Source: Mycolicibacterium smegmatis (lineage in GTDB: Bacteria > Actinomycetota > Actinomycetes > Mycobacteriales > Mycobacteriaceae). Taken from it: a stretch of 32,000 bases of DNA. Where the stretch lies: assembly GCF_001457595.1 (NCBI RefSeq), contig NZ_LN831039.1:2760001-2792000 (forward strand). Direction: 5' to 3'. A model generated the notes under the pieces. The model worked only from the letters and a program-made list of their open reading frames with translations. It was not told where the DNA came from and did not search any database. This document shows positions 24,977 through 32,000 of the stretch, piece by piece. Position 1 is the first letter of the stretch. Each line of letters starts with the position of its first letter. The position numbers and the translations under genes are program-made.

Positions 24977-26008
24977 TCAGGGCAAGCGCGTGCTGTCGCG
25001 CAGGACGACCCGGCCCGGAATGCGTTCGCGCAGGTCATCGCAGTCGGCGTCGGTGCGCAGCGCGAGTTCGACGGCGCGTACGCCGATGTCCTGCAGCGGC
25101 AGGACCACGGTGGTCAGGGCCGGTGTGTGGTCGCGCAGCGTCGGGATGTCGTCGAACCCCGCGATGCCGACATCGTCGGGCACCGAGAGCCCGAGTTCGC
25201 GCCAGGCCGCGATCGCGCCGATCGCCATCACGTCGGTCACCGCGAACACGCACACCGGTTCACCACGTGCGCCCGGGCTGAGCTGCAGAGCGCCCGCGAG
25301 GCGCCGTGCCGCGGAGTACCCGCCGTCGCGGGTGAAGTCGCCGGAGACCTCGACCAGCGGGGTCAGCCCGCGCCTGCCGAGTGCCTCGACGAAACCGTTG
25401 CGCCGGTCGACGGCGGTGCGGATGTTGGCGGGCCCGCCGATGACGGCGAACTGCGTATGCCCGGACTTTACGAGCGCCTCGGCCAATTGTGCTGCGCCGA
25501 GGTGATTCTCGGGCTCCACGGCACCGCCGAACGCGAGTGGCTGACCGATGACGACCACGCGTCCGCCGTTGTCGCGGTACCGGCCGAACTCGGTCTCGAT
25601 GTCGCGGTCCAGATCCCCGCTCTGCCGCGAGCCGGCGAGCACGATCGCGTCGGCGCGATGTGCGATGAAGGTGCTGACCGCTTCGCGTTCGATGTCGAAA
25701 TCGCGGTCGGTGCTCGCCAGCAGCACCTGCTTGCGCGCGGTGCGTGCGGCGGTCTGCACACCGCGGACGATCGACGAGAAGTACGGGTCGGCGATGTCGT
25801 GCACGATGAGGCCCAGCAGGCCCGTCGAGGAGCGTGCCAGGGCCTGGGCCTGGGCGTTCGGCACGTATCCGAGTTCGCGCGCGGCCGCGCGCACCCGGTC
25901 GGCGACGCCTTCGCCGGGGATCCGGGCGGAACCGTTGAGCACGCGTGACGCCGTCGCCTGGGATACGCCTGCCCGGACCGCCACGTCCTGCAGTGTCACC
26001 GCTGCCAT
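24977..26008 (-). CDS. LacI family transcriptional regulator
   Basis: Start at 26008 (or 26023): MAAVTLQDVAVRAGVSQATASRVLNGSARIPGEGVADRVRAAARELGYVPNAQAQALARSSTGLLGLIVHDIADPYFSSIVRGVQ; canonical LacI HTH and hinge plus sugar-binding-like domain. Confidence 0.95.
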   Translation of the reverse strand: MAAVTLQDVAVRAGVSQATASRVLNGSARIPGEGVADRVRAAARELGYVPNAQAQALARSSTGLLGLIVHDIADPYFSSIVRGVQTAARTARKQVLLASTDRDFDIEREAVSTFIAHRADAIVLAGSRQSGDLDRDIETEFGRYRDNGGRVVVIGQPLAFGGAVEPENHLGAAQLAEALVKSGHTQFAVIGGPANIRTAVDRRNGFVEALGRRGLTPLVEVSGDFTRDGGYSAARRLAGALQLSPGARGEPVCVFAVTDVMAIGAIAAWRELGLSVPDDVGIAGFDDIPTLRDHTPALTTVVLPLQDIGVRAVELALRTDADCDDLRERIPGRVVLRDSTRLP

Positions 26009-26074
26009 CGGGGCTCCCGCCATCGGTTCGTCGGTTCTGGGTGGGCTGCGGCCGGCCGGACCGTGAGGCACGGG

Positions 26075-26103
26075 TTGACCGGGCCGCGGCATGAGCTTAC
26101 CGT
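26075..26103 (+). promoter_or_regulatory. predicted SigA-type promoter for the catabolic operon
   Basis: TTGACC (26075-26080), 17-nt spacer, TACCGT (26098-26103). Confidence 0.6.
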
Positions 26104-26117
26104 GGAAAGCGCATTCC
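26104..26117. promoter_or_regulatory. predicted LacI-family operator O2 (GGAAAGCGCATTCC)
   Basis: Exact reverse complement of O1; both sites are followed by CGAAG on the + strand; abuts the predicted -10 of the catabolic operon. Confidence 0.75.
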
Positions 26118-26218
26118 GAAGTGCTGACATCGCGAACGCCCCGACGGCGTGTTCGGCGGTGCAGGTCAATCGACCGCGTTTGCCGGCGTCGCCGGCCGAT
26201 CAGATAAGGCATCTCTCG

Positions 26219-27367
26219 ATGACGACTCGTACCCTGCGCATTGCCATGAACGGCGTGACGGGCCGCATGGGCTACCGCCAGCACCTTCTTCGCTCCATCC
26301 TGCCGCTCCGCGAATCCGGACTGACCGCCGACGACGGTTCGCGCGTCGCGGTCGAGCCGATCCTCGTGGGTCGCAGCGCCGACAAACTCGCCGACATGGC
26401 CGCCGAGCACGGTATCGAGCACTGGACCACCGACGTCGCGTCGGTGATCGCCGATCCGAGTGTCGAGGTGTACTTCGACGCGCAGGTGACCTCGCGTCGC
26501 TTCGAGGCGCTGACGGCCGCGATCAAGGCGGGCAAGCACGTCTACACCGAGAAACCCACCGCCGAAACCCTCACCGAGGCAGTCGAACTGGCCCGGATGG
26601 CGCAGAACGCAGGTATCACCGCCGGTGTCGTCCACGACAAGTTGTACCTGCCGGGCCTGGTGAAGTTGCGGCGCCTGGTCGACGAGGGCTTCTTCGGCCG
26701 GATCCTGTCCATGCGCGGCGAATTCGGCTACTGGGTGTTCGAGGGCGACGGTCAGCCCGCGCAGCGGCCCAGCTGGAACTACCGCGCGCAGGACGGCGGC
26801 GGCATCACTGTGGACATGTTCTGCCACTGGAACTACGTCATGGAAGGCATCCTAGGCAAGGTCGAGACGGTGACCGCCAAGGCCGTGACCCACATCCCGA
26901 CCCGCTGGGACGAGGCGCACCAGCCCTATCCGGTGACCGCCGACGACGCCGTGTACGGAATCTTCGACATCTCCGGTGGCATCGTGGCCCAGATCAACTC
27001 GTCGTGGGCGGTGCGGGTGTTCCGCGACGAGCTCGTCGAGTTCCAGGTCGACGGCACGCACGGGTCGGCGGTCGCGGGGCTGCGCCGCTGCCGCGCGCAA
27101 CACCGTGTCCACACGCCCAAGCCGGTGTGGAACCCCGACCTCCCGGCGACCGAGCAGTTCCGCGACCAGTGGCTCGAAGTGCCCGACAACGCCGTACTGG
27201 ACAACGGTTTCAAGCTGCAGTGGGAGGAGTACCTGCGCGACGTGCTGGCCGCTCGCCCGCACCGGTATGACCTGCTGTCGGCGGCCCGCGGTGTGCAGCT
27301 CGCCGAACTGGGACTCAAAAGCTCTACCGAGGGCAGGCGCCTCGACGTCCCGGAGATCGTGCTGTGA
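26219..27367 (+). CDS. Gfo/Idh/MocA family NAD(P)-dependent oxidoreductase
   Basis: ATG at 26219: MTTRTLRIAMNGVTGRMGYRQHLLRSI...GKHVYTEKPTAETLTEAVELARMAQNAGITAGVVHDKLYLPGLVKLRRLVDEGFFGRILSMRGEFGYWV; EKP motif. Track ORF start at 26063 is an overextension. Confidence 0.92.
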   Translation: MTTRTLRIAMNGVTGRMGYRQHLLRSILPLRESGLTADDGSRVAVEPILVGRSADKLADMAAEHGIEHWTTDVASVIADPSVEVYFDAQVTSRRFEALTAAIKAGKHVYTEKPTAETLTEAVELARMAQNAGITAGVVHDKLYLPGLVKLRRLVDEGFFGRILSMRGEFGYWVFEGDGQPAQRPSWNYRAQDGGGITVDMFCHWNYVMEGILGKVETVTAKAVTHIPTRWDEAHQPYPVTADDAVYGIFDISGGIVAQINSSWAVRVFRDELVEFQVDGTHGSAVAGLRRCRAQHRVHTPKPVWNPDLPATEQFRDQWLEVPDNAVLDNGFKLQWEEYLRDVLAARPHRYDLLSAARGVQLAELGLKSSTEGRRLDVPEIVL

Positions 27368-28554
27368 CCGCGCTGCACACCGGTGCGGCGGTGACGCTGC
27401 CGATCGACGGTGAACTGCGCCGCGTCGAACTCGGCGCACCTGGGCCGTGGCGCAGACCTGAGCGTCCGATCACCTCCCGGATCGCCTATGCCGCAGCGCA
27501 CGTGGTGCCCAAGAGCTCGGCCGACAACATCCCGGGCGCACCCGCGGATCTGGACTGGGAGGCCACCCTGGCCTACCGGCGCGAGCTGTGGTCCTACGGG
27601 CTCGGTGTGGCCGACGCGATGGACACCGCGCAGCGCGGTATGGGCCTGGACTGGCCTGCCGCAGCCGAACTGATCCGCCGCAGCGGTGCCGAGGCCGCCG
27701 CGGTCGGCGGCCGGCTCGCGTGCGGTGCCGGCACGGATCATCTTGTCCCCGAGGATGTCCCGTCCGGGGCCGCGGGCCTGGCGGTGATCATCGACGCCTA
27801 CCGCGAACAGGTCGACGTGGTCCGTGAGGCCGGCGCGCAGGTGATCGTCATGGCGTCGCGTGCCCTGGCCCGCGTCGCCTCCTCGCCCGCCGACTACCTG
27901 CGGGTCTACGACGCCGTGCTCGCCCACACCGATCAACCGGTGATCCTGCACTGGCTCGGGGACATGTTCGACCCGGCCCTGCGCGGCTACTGGGGGTCCG
28001 GCGAGATCGACACGGCCACAGCGACATTCCTGGAACTGATCGCGAACCACGTCGACAAGGTCGACGGCGTCAAGGTGTCGCTGCTCGACGCCGGGCACGA
28101 AATCGCGCTGCGCCGCGCGCTGCCGGCAGGTGTCCGGTTGTACACGGGCGACGATTTCAACTACCCGGAACTGATCATCGGCGATGATCAGGGGCATTCG
28201 GACGCACTGCTCGGCATCTTCGCCGCGATCTACCCGGCCGCGTCGACCGCGCTGCAGGAACTCGACGCGGGCAATCAGGCCCGAGCCGGCGAGATCCTCG
28301 AATCCACCCGCGCGCTGGGCAGGCACATCTTCACCGCGCCGACGTACTACTACAAGACGGGAATCGCGTTCCTGTCGTGGCTCAACGGCCTGCAACCCGG
28401 TTTCACGATGGTGGGCGGACTGGCCAGTGGGCGCTCCCTTTCGCATCTGTGCGAGTTGTTCGTCCTCGTCGACCGGGCCGGCCTGCTGCGTGACCCCGAC
28501 GTCGCCGCGCACCGCATGCGGATGTTCCTCGAGGTGCACGGGGTGGGCGCATGA
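27364..28554 (+). CDS. DUF993 family protein (dihydrodipicolinate-synthase-like TIM barrel, putative aldolase/lyase)
   Basis: 396 aa, GAPGPWRRPERPITSRIAYAAAHVVPKSSADNIPGAPADLDWEATLAYRRELWSYGLGVADAMDTAQRGMGLDW...HVDKVDGVKVSLLDAGHEIALRRALPAGVRLYTGDDFNYPELIIGD; GTG start in a 4-nt overlap with the upstream gene. Confidence 0.85.
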   Translation: MTALHTGAAVTLPIDGELRRVELGAPGPWRRPERPITSRIAYAAAHVVPKSSADNIPGAPADLDWEATLAYRRELWSYGLGVADAMDTAQRGMGLDWPAAAELIRRSGAEAAAVGGRLACGAGTDHLVPEDVPSGAAGLAVIIDAYREQVDVVREAGAQVIVMASRALARVASSPADYLRVYDAVLAHTDQPVILHWLGDMFDPALRGYWGSGEIDTATATFLELIANHVDKVDGVKVSLLDAGHEIALRRALPAGVRLYTGDDFNYPELIIGDDQGHSDALLGIFAAIYPAASTALQELDAGNQARAGEILESTRALGRHIFTAPTYYYKTGIAFLSWLNGLQPGFTMVGGLASGRSLSHLCELFVLVDRAGLLRDPDVAAHRMRMFLEVHGVGA

Positions 28555-29384
28555 GTGCCGAGAGGCGACTGTCGCTGAACACCATGACCACCAAGCGCCT
28601 CACGCTGCGCGAGGCCGTCGAGGCAACCGCCGCGGCCGGGCTGGAGTCCATCGGCCTGTGGCGTGACCGCGTAGCCGAAGCGGGTGTGGACACCGCCGCG
28701 AAACTGATGCACGACAACGGTCTTCGCGTGTCCAGTCTGTGCCGGGGCGGTTTCCTGACCGGGTTCGAGGAAGACCATGCGCTCGCCGACAACCGGCGCG
28801 CCATCGAGGAGGCGGTCACGCTCGGGACGCGAGAGCTCGTCATGGTCGTGGGCGGCATCCCGGACCGTGACCTCGCCGCCGCGAGGGGACGTGTGGCTCA
28901 GCGGCTCGAGACGCTCGTGCCCTACGCCGTCGACCACGGTGTCCGGCTGGCGCTGGAACCGCTGCACCCGGTGTTCTGCGCCGACCGCGCGGTGATCTCC
29001 ACACTGCGGCAGGCGCTGGCACTCGCGGCGCCGTACCCGGCCGAGGCCGTCGGCGTCGTCGTCGACACCTTCCACGTGTGGTGGGATCCCGAGTTGGCGG
29101 ACGGCATCGCCGCGGCGGGCGCTCAGCACCGGATCAGCTCGTACCAGGTGTGCGACTGGCTGGTCCCGATGGCCGCCGACCCGCTGGTGTCGCGCGGCAT
29201 GATGGGTGACGGCGTCATCGACTTCGGTGCGGTCACCGCGATGGTGCGGGCCGCGGGATACGACGGCGACGTCGAGGTCGAGATCTTCAACGAGGACATC
29301 TGGGCCACCGACGCGGCCGTCGTCATCGACACCATGAAGCAGCGCTACCGCGATCTGGTGGCGCCTGCTCTCACGGCAGGCTGA
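28551..29384 (+). CDS. sugar phosphate isomerase/epimerase-like protein (xylose-isomerase-like TIM barrel)
   Basis: 277 aa, AVDHGVRLALEPLHPVFCADRAVISTL...VGVVVDTFHVWWDPELAD...RISSYQVCDWLVP...GDGVIDFGAVTAMVRAAGYDGDVEVEIFNEDIW; 4-nt ATGA overlap with the upstream gene. Confidence 0.9.
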   Translation: MSAERRLSLNTMTTKRLTLREAVEATAAAGLESIGLWRDRVAEAGVDTAAKLMHDNGLRVSSLCRGGFLTGFEEDHALADNRRAIEEAVTLGTRELVMVVGGIPDRDLAAARGRVAQRLETLVPYAVDHGVRLALEPLHPVFCADRAVISTLRQALALAAPYPAEAVGVVVDTFHVWWDPELADGIAAAGAQHRISSYQVCDWLVPMAADPLVSRGMMGDGVIDFGAVTAMVRAAGYDGDVEVEIFNEDIWATDAAVVIDTMKQRYRDLVAPALTAG

Positions 29385-30195
29385 TCAGCAGCACGCCCGC
29401 GAGCACCACGGCCGACGCGATCGCGCGGCGCGCCCCCAGCTTCTCCCCGAGGAAGAGCGCGCCGATCAACGCGCCGAACACGATGCTGGTCTCGCGCAAC
29501 GCGGCGATCGGCGCGAGCGCACCGGTGCGCTGCGCGGCCAGCACGATCGTGTACGCGGCCAGCGAGATCGCCCCGCCGGCCAGACCCGGCACGGCGCACT
29601 CACGCACGGCGCCCAGCAGTCGCGGGCCCCGGCGGATCGCGGCGAAGATCGCCAGTGGCGGGCCCTGCAGCAGGAACATCCACCCCGTGTAGGCCAGCAG
29701 CGGCCCCTGCTGCACGCCCACACCGTCGATCACGGTGTAGCCCGCGATCATCACACCCGTGAGCGTCGCGGCGCCGAGCGCGGGCAGATCCTTACGCGTG
29801 GGCCGTCCGCCGACGAACACCAGCGCGATCAGCCCGGCCGAGATCGTCAGCACCCCGGCCAGTTCGGTGACCGGCATCTCATGTCCCAGCACCACGAGCG
29901 CGACCACTGCGACCAGCCACGGCGACGTGCCGCGTGCCAGCGGGTACATCTGACTGAACTCGCCGAGTTGGTAACTCGCGAGCAGCAGCAGGTTGTAGAA
30001 CACGTGCACGGTGGCCGACGCGATGATGTACGGCCACGCCGCGGCAGGCGGCAGCCCGCCCAGCGCGATGAGCGCCGCGCCGCCGATCGCGTCGACCACA
30101 CCGATCAGCGCGAAACCGACCACCCGGTCGGAGACGGCGTGCGCCAACGAATTCCAGATCGCATGCAGCAATGCTGCGAACAGCACAGCGAGCAT
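29371..30195 (-). CDS. EamA/DMT superfamily transporter
   Basis: 274 aa hydrophobic protein, AAYTIVLAAQRTGALAPIAALRETSIVFGALIGALFLGEKLGARRAIASAVVLAGVLLI; convergent 14-bp overlap with the isomerase 3' end. Confidence 0.88.
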   Translation of the reverse strand: MLAVLFAALLHAIWNSLAHAVSDRVVGFALIGVVDAIGGAALIALGGLPPAAAWPYIIASATVHVFYNLLLLASYQLGEFSQMYPLARGTSPWLVAVVALVVLGHEMPVTELAGVLTISAGLIALVFVGGRPTRKDLPALGAATLTGVMIAGYTVIDGVGVQQGPLLAYTGWMFLLQGPPLAIFAAIRRGPRLLGAVRECAVPGLAGGAISLAAYTIVLAAQRTGALAPIAALRETSIVFGALIGALFLGEKLGARRAIASAVVLAGVLLISLP

Positions 30196-30278
30196 GACGG
30201 AAACAGACAGGCCCTCAACCTAACTGGCCGGCGCTGCCGACGCGCGGCGGGGGTGCCGGAGTGTGACGAACGCATCGT

Positions 30279-30335
30279 CGAGGCTGTAGTTGTCGCGCAG
30301 AAATGCGAGTGGGGTGCTCGGTAACTACAGCCTCG
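30279..30335. repeat. perfect 13-bp inverted repeat (CGAGGCTGTAGTT ... AACTACAGCCTCG, 31-bp spacer)
   Basis: Arms 30279-30291 and 30323-30335 read directly; intergenic between the EamA gene and the enoyl-CoA hydratase gene. Confidence 0.85.
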
Positions 30336-30351
30336 CGTGATCTGCCCCGGC

Positions 30352-31110
30352 CTAACGCACCTGCGAGCGTCCCCGCTCGATCACCGAGGCGCGGCTGGCC
30401 GCGATGTCGTCACCGCTCGTCGAGCGCATCCACTGCCGCGCTGCCTCGGCCTCGGCCCACAGCGCCCCACCTGTCTGCAGTGCGTCGATGCGGTGATAGG
30501 AATCCAGCAGTGCGCGCACGGCCTTCTGGTTGTTGCCGACGATCGACGCGGCAACACGGCGCGCGGCGGTCAGCAGGTCGTCGTGGGCCACGACCTCGGT
30601 GACCAGACCGGCACGCAGCGCATCCTGTGCCGACAGGTAGTCGCCGGTCAGGCTCATGCGCCGGGCCAGACCCACTCCGACCTTCTGGGGCAACCGCACC
30701 GACAGCCCCCACGTCGGCATCAGGCCCACGCGCGCGTGGGTGTCGGCGAACTTCGCGTTCTCCGACGCGATGAGGATGTCGCAGTACAGCGCCAGCTCCA
30801 GGCCGCCGGTGACGGCCGCGCCGTTGATGGCCCCGATGACAGGTTTGGTCATGTCCGGCCACTTGGGGGAGATGTCGGGCAACTCGGTGGTGTCGCCGAG
30901 TTCTTTGAGATCCAGACCCGCGCAGAACACGGGGTCGGCGCCGGTGACGATCACGACGTCGACATCGTCGTCGTTCTGGGCATCGCTCAGCGCGCGGAAG
31001 AAAGTGGACCGCAGCTCCGCCGACAGCGCGTTGCGCGACTGCGGCCGGTTGAGCGTCAGCGTCCGCACGCGGTCGGTGGTGTCGACGAGGAGAACGGGGG
31101 AGTCAGCCAT
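30352..31110 (-). CDS. enoyl-CoA hydratase/isomerase family protein
   Basis: ATG at 31110: MADSPVLLVDTTDRVRTLTLNRPQSRNALSAELRSTFFRAL...ADPVFCAGLDLKELGD...KPVIGAINGAAVTGGLELALYCDILIASENAKFADTHARVGLMPTWGLSVRLPQKVG. Confidence 0.93.
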   Translation of the reverse strand: MADSPVLLVDTTDRVRTLTLNRPQSRNALSAELRSTFFRALSDAQNDDDVDVVIVTGADPVFCAGLDLKELGDTTELPDISPKWPDMTKPVIGAINGAAVTGGLELALYCDILIASENAKFADTHARVGLMPTWGLSVRLPQKVGVGLARRMSLTGDYLSAQDALRAGLVTEVVAHDDLLTAARRVAASIVGNNQKAVRALLDSYHRIDALQTGGALWAEAEAARQWMRSTSGDDIAASRASVIERGRSQVR

Positions 31111-31156
31111 GCCGCTCACCGTAACCGGCGAACCCAACGCGCCTATCGTGGGTTCC

Positions 31157-31423
31157 ATGTGCCGGAACATCACCGAACTGCGGGGCCTGGAGCCCGCCGC
31201 CACCGCAGAGGAAATCGAGGCCGCGGCACGTCAGTACGTGCGCAAGGTCAGCGGTATCACGCGCCCGACCGGTGACAACGTCGACGTGTTCGAAAGCGCG
31301 GTGGCCGAGGTCACCGCGACCACGACGCGGCTACTCGCGGGACTCGCGCCACGTCGTCAGCCACCGAAAACCGTTCCGCCGCTGCGTCGTCCCGAGGTTC
31401 GCGCGCGGATGGCCGCACGGTGA
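31157..31423 (+). CDS. DUF2277 family protein
   Basis: 88 aa from ATG 31157: MCRNITELRGLEPAATAEEIEAAARQYVRKVSGITRPTGDNVDVFESAVAEVTATTTRLLAGL. Confidence 0.88.
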   Translation: MCRNITELRGLEPAATAEEIEAAARQYVRKVSGITRPTGDNVDVFESAVAEVTATTTRLLAGLAPRRQPPKTVPPLRRPEVRARMAAR

Positions 31424-31983
31424 GCGCAACCACGGTGCACCGGACCGCGCTCAAGGAGTGGAGCGCGGCCATCCACGCGATGCTCGACGGCCGCCAGACC
31501 GTGTTGCTGCGCAAGGGCGGCATCCACGAGAAGCGGTTCGAGGTGGCCGCGGGTGACTTCCTGCTGTTCCCGACGGTCGCGCACAGCCATGCCGAACGTG
31601 TGCGTTCCGAGCACCGCGACCTGGTGGACGCCGCGGCGACCGACAGCACCGAGGACACACTGACCATCCGCGCGGCGGCCGAGGTGGTGGCGGCCGTGCC
31701 CGTCGAGCGGCCCGAGGCGATCGACGAGATCGTCGACCTGCACATCTGGACCGCCGAATCGGTGCGCGCCGACCGGTTGGACTTCCGCCCCAAACATCGG
31801 CTGACCGTGCTGGTGGTGCAGGTCAGCCCGCTGGCCGAGCCGGTGACGTTGGTGCGCACGCCCGACTACGGAGGCTGCAAGAGCTGGGTCGACCTGCCGG
31901 TGCGGGCCGAGACCGCGGCACCTGTGCACGACGCCGGGTACCTGCGTGACATCGCGGCGCGGGTGCGGCGTTCCGTGTCCTGA
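31420..31983 (+). CDS. DUF1802 family protein
   Basis: 187 aa, HRTALKEWSAAIHAMLDGRQTVLLRKGGIHEKRFEVAAGDFLLFPTVAHSHAERVR; GTG start in a 4-nt overlap with the DUF2277 gene. Confidence 0.85.
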   Translation: MSATTVHRTALKEWSAAIHAMLDGRQTVLLRKGGIHEKRFEVAAGDFLLFPTVAHSHAERVRSEHRDLVDAAATDSTEDTLTIRAAAEVVAAVPVERPEAIDEIVDLHIWTAESVRADRLDFRPKHRLTVLVVQVSPLAEPVTLVRTPDYGGCKSWVDLPVRAETAAPVHDAGYLRDIAARVRRSVS

Positions 31984-32000
31984 AACGGGCTTGACGCGGG

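Noticed and set aside
25019-25032. Possible third LacI operator (GGAATGCGTTCGCG)
   Set aside because: Only the left half matches GGAAwGCG, the palindrome is broken, and it lies within LacI coding sequence rather than near a promoter.
26063-26218. Upstream extension of the Gfo/Idh ORF
   Set aside because: The extension (MRHGLTGPRHELTVESAF...) crosses the predicted promoter and operator and has no similarity to the family N-terminus; the ATG at 26219 fits MTTRTLRIAMNGVTGRMG.
26009-26827. Extension of the LacI ORF upstream to 26827
   Set aside because: Antisense to the Gfo/Idh gene and across the divergent regulatory region; the LacI domain begins at MAAVTLQDVAVRAGVS.

Overview
High-GC actinobacterial (mycobacterial-type) chromosomal DNA; gene order and protein sequences suggest a fast-growing Mycobacterium/Mycolicibacterium close to M. 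smegmatis (from recall of families and synteny, no database search run). Two parts are visible. (1) A conserved core block: alpha/beta hydrolase (-), mqo, GNAT acetyltransferase, fused ChlI/ChlD-type AAA+/VWA protein, cobO, cobB, cysG, efpA, pterin dehydratase-like/VOC protein, proS, a ferritin-like/lipoprotein pair (-), rimP, nusA, ylxR, infB, rbfA, nrnA, dinF-type MATE. (2) An accessory block at about 21.4-30.2 kb: methyltransferase, NMT1/THI5-type ABC importer (ATPase, binding protein, permease), a LacI-family regulator, a divergent three-gene catabolic operon (Gfo/Idh oxidoreductase, DUF993 aldolase-like TIM barrel, sugar-phosphate isomerase/epimerase-like protein) and an EamA exporter. 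Core-type genes resume after it (enoyl-CoA hydratase, DUF2277, DUF1802). The strongest undescribed signal is a predicted LacI regulon. The same 14-bp near-palindrome, GGAAwGCGCwTTCC, occurs exactly twice, once immediately downstream of a good promoter for the importer and once immediately downstream of a good promoter for the catabolic operon. This ties importer, regulator and catabolic enzymes into one uncharacterised uptake/catabolism system. Other items: a 14-bp tandem repeat carrying the cobO stop and cobB start, palindromes directly upstream of efpA, a dyad upstream of mqo, and a 13-bp perfect inverted repeat with a possible gene remnant near 30.3 kb. No CRISPR arrays, tRNA/rRNA genes or intact mobile elements were recognised.
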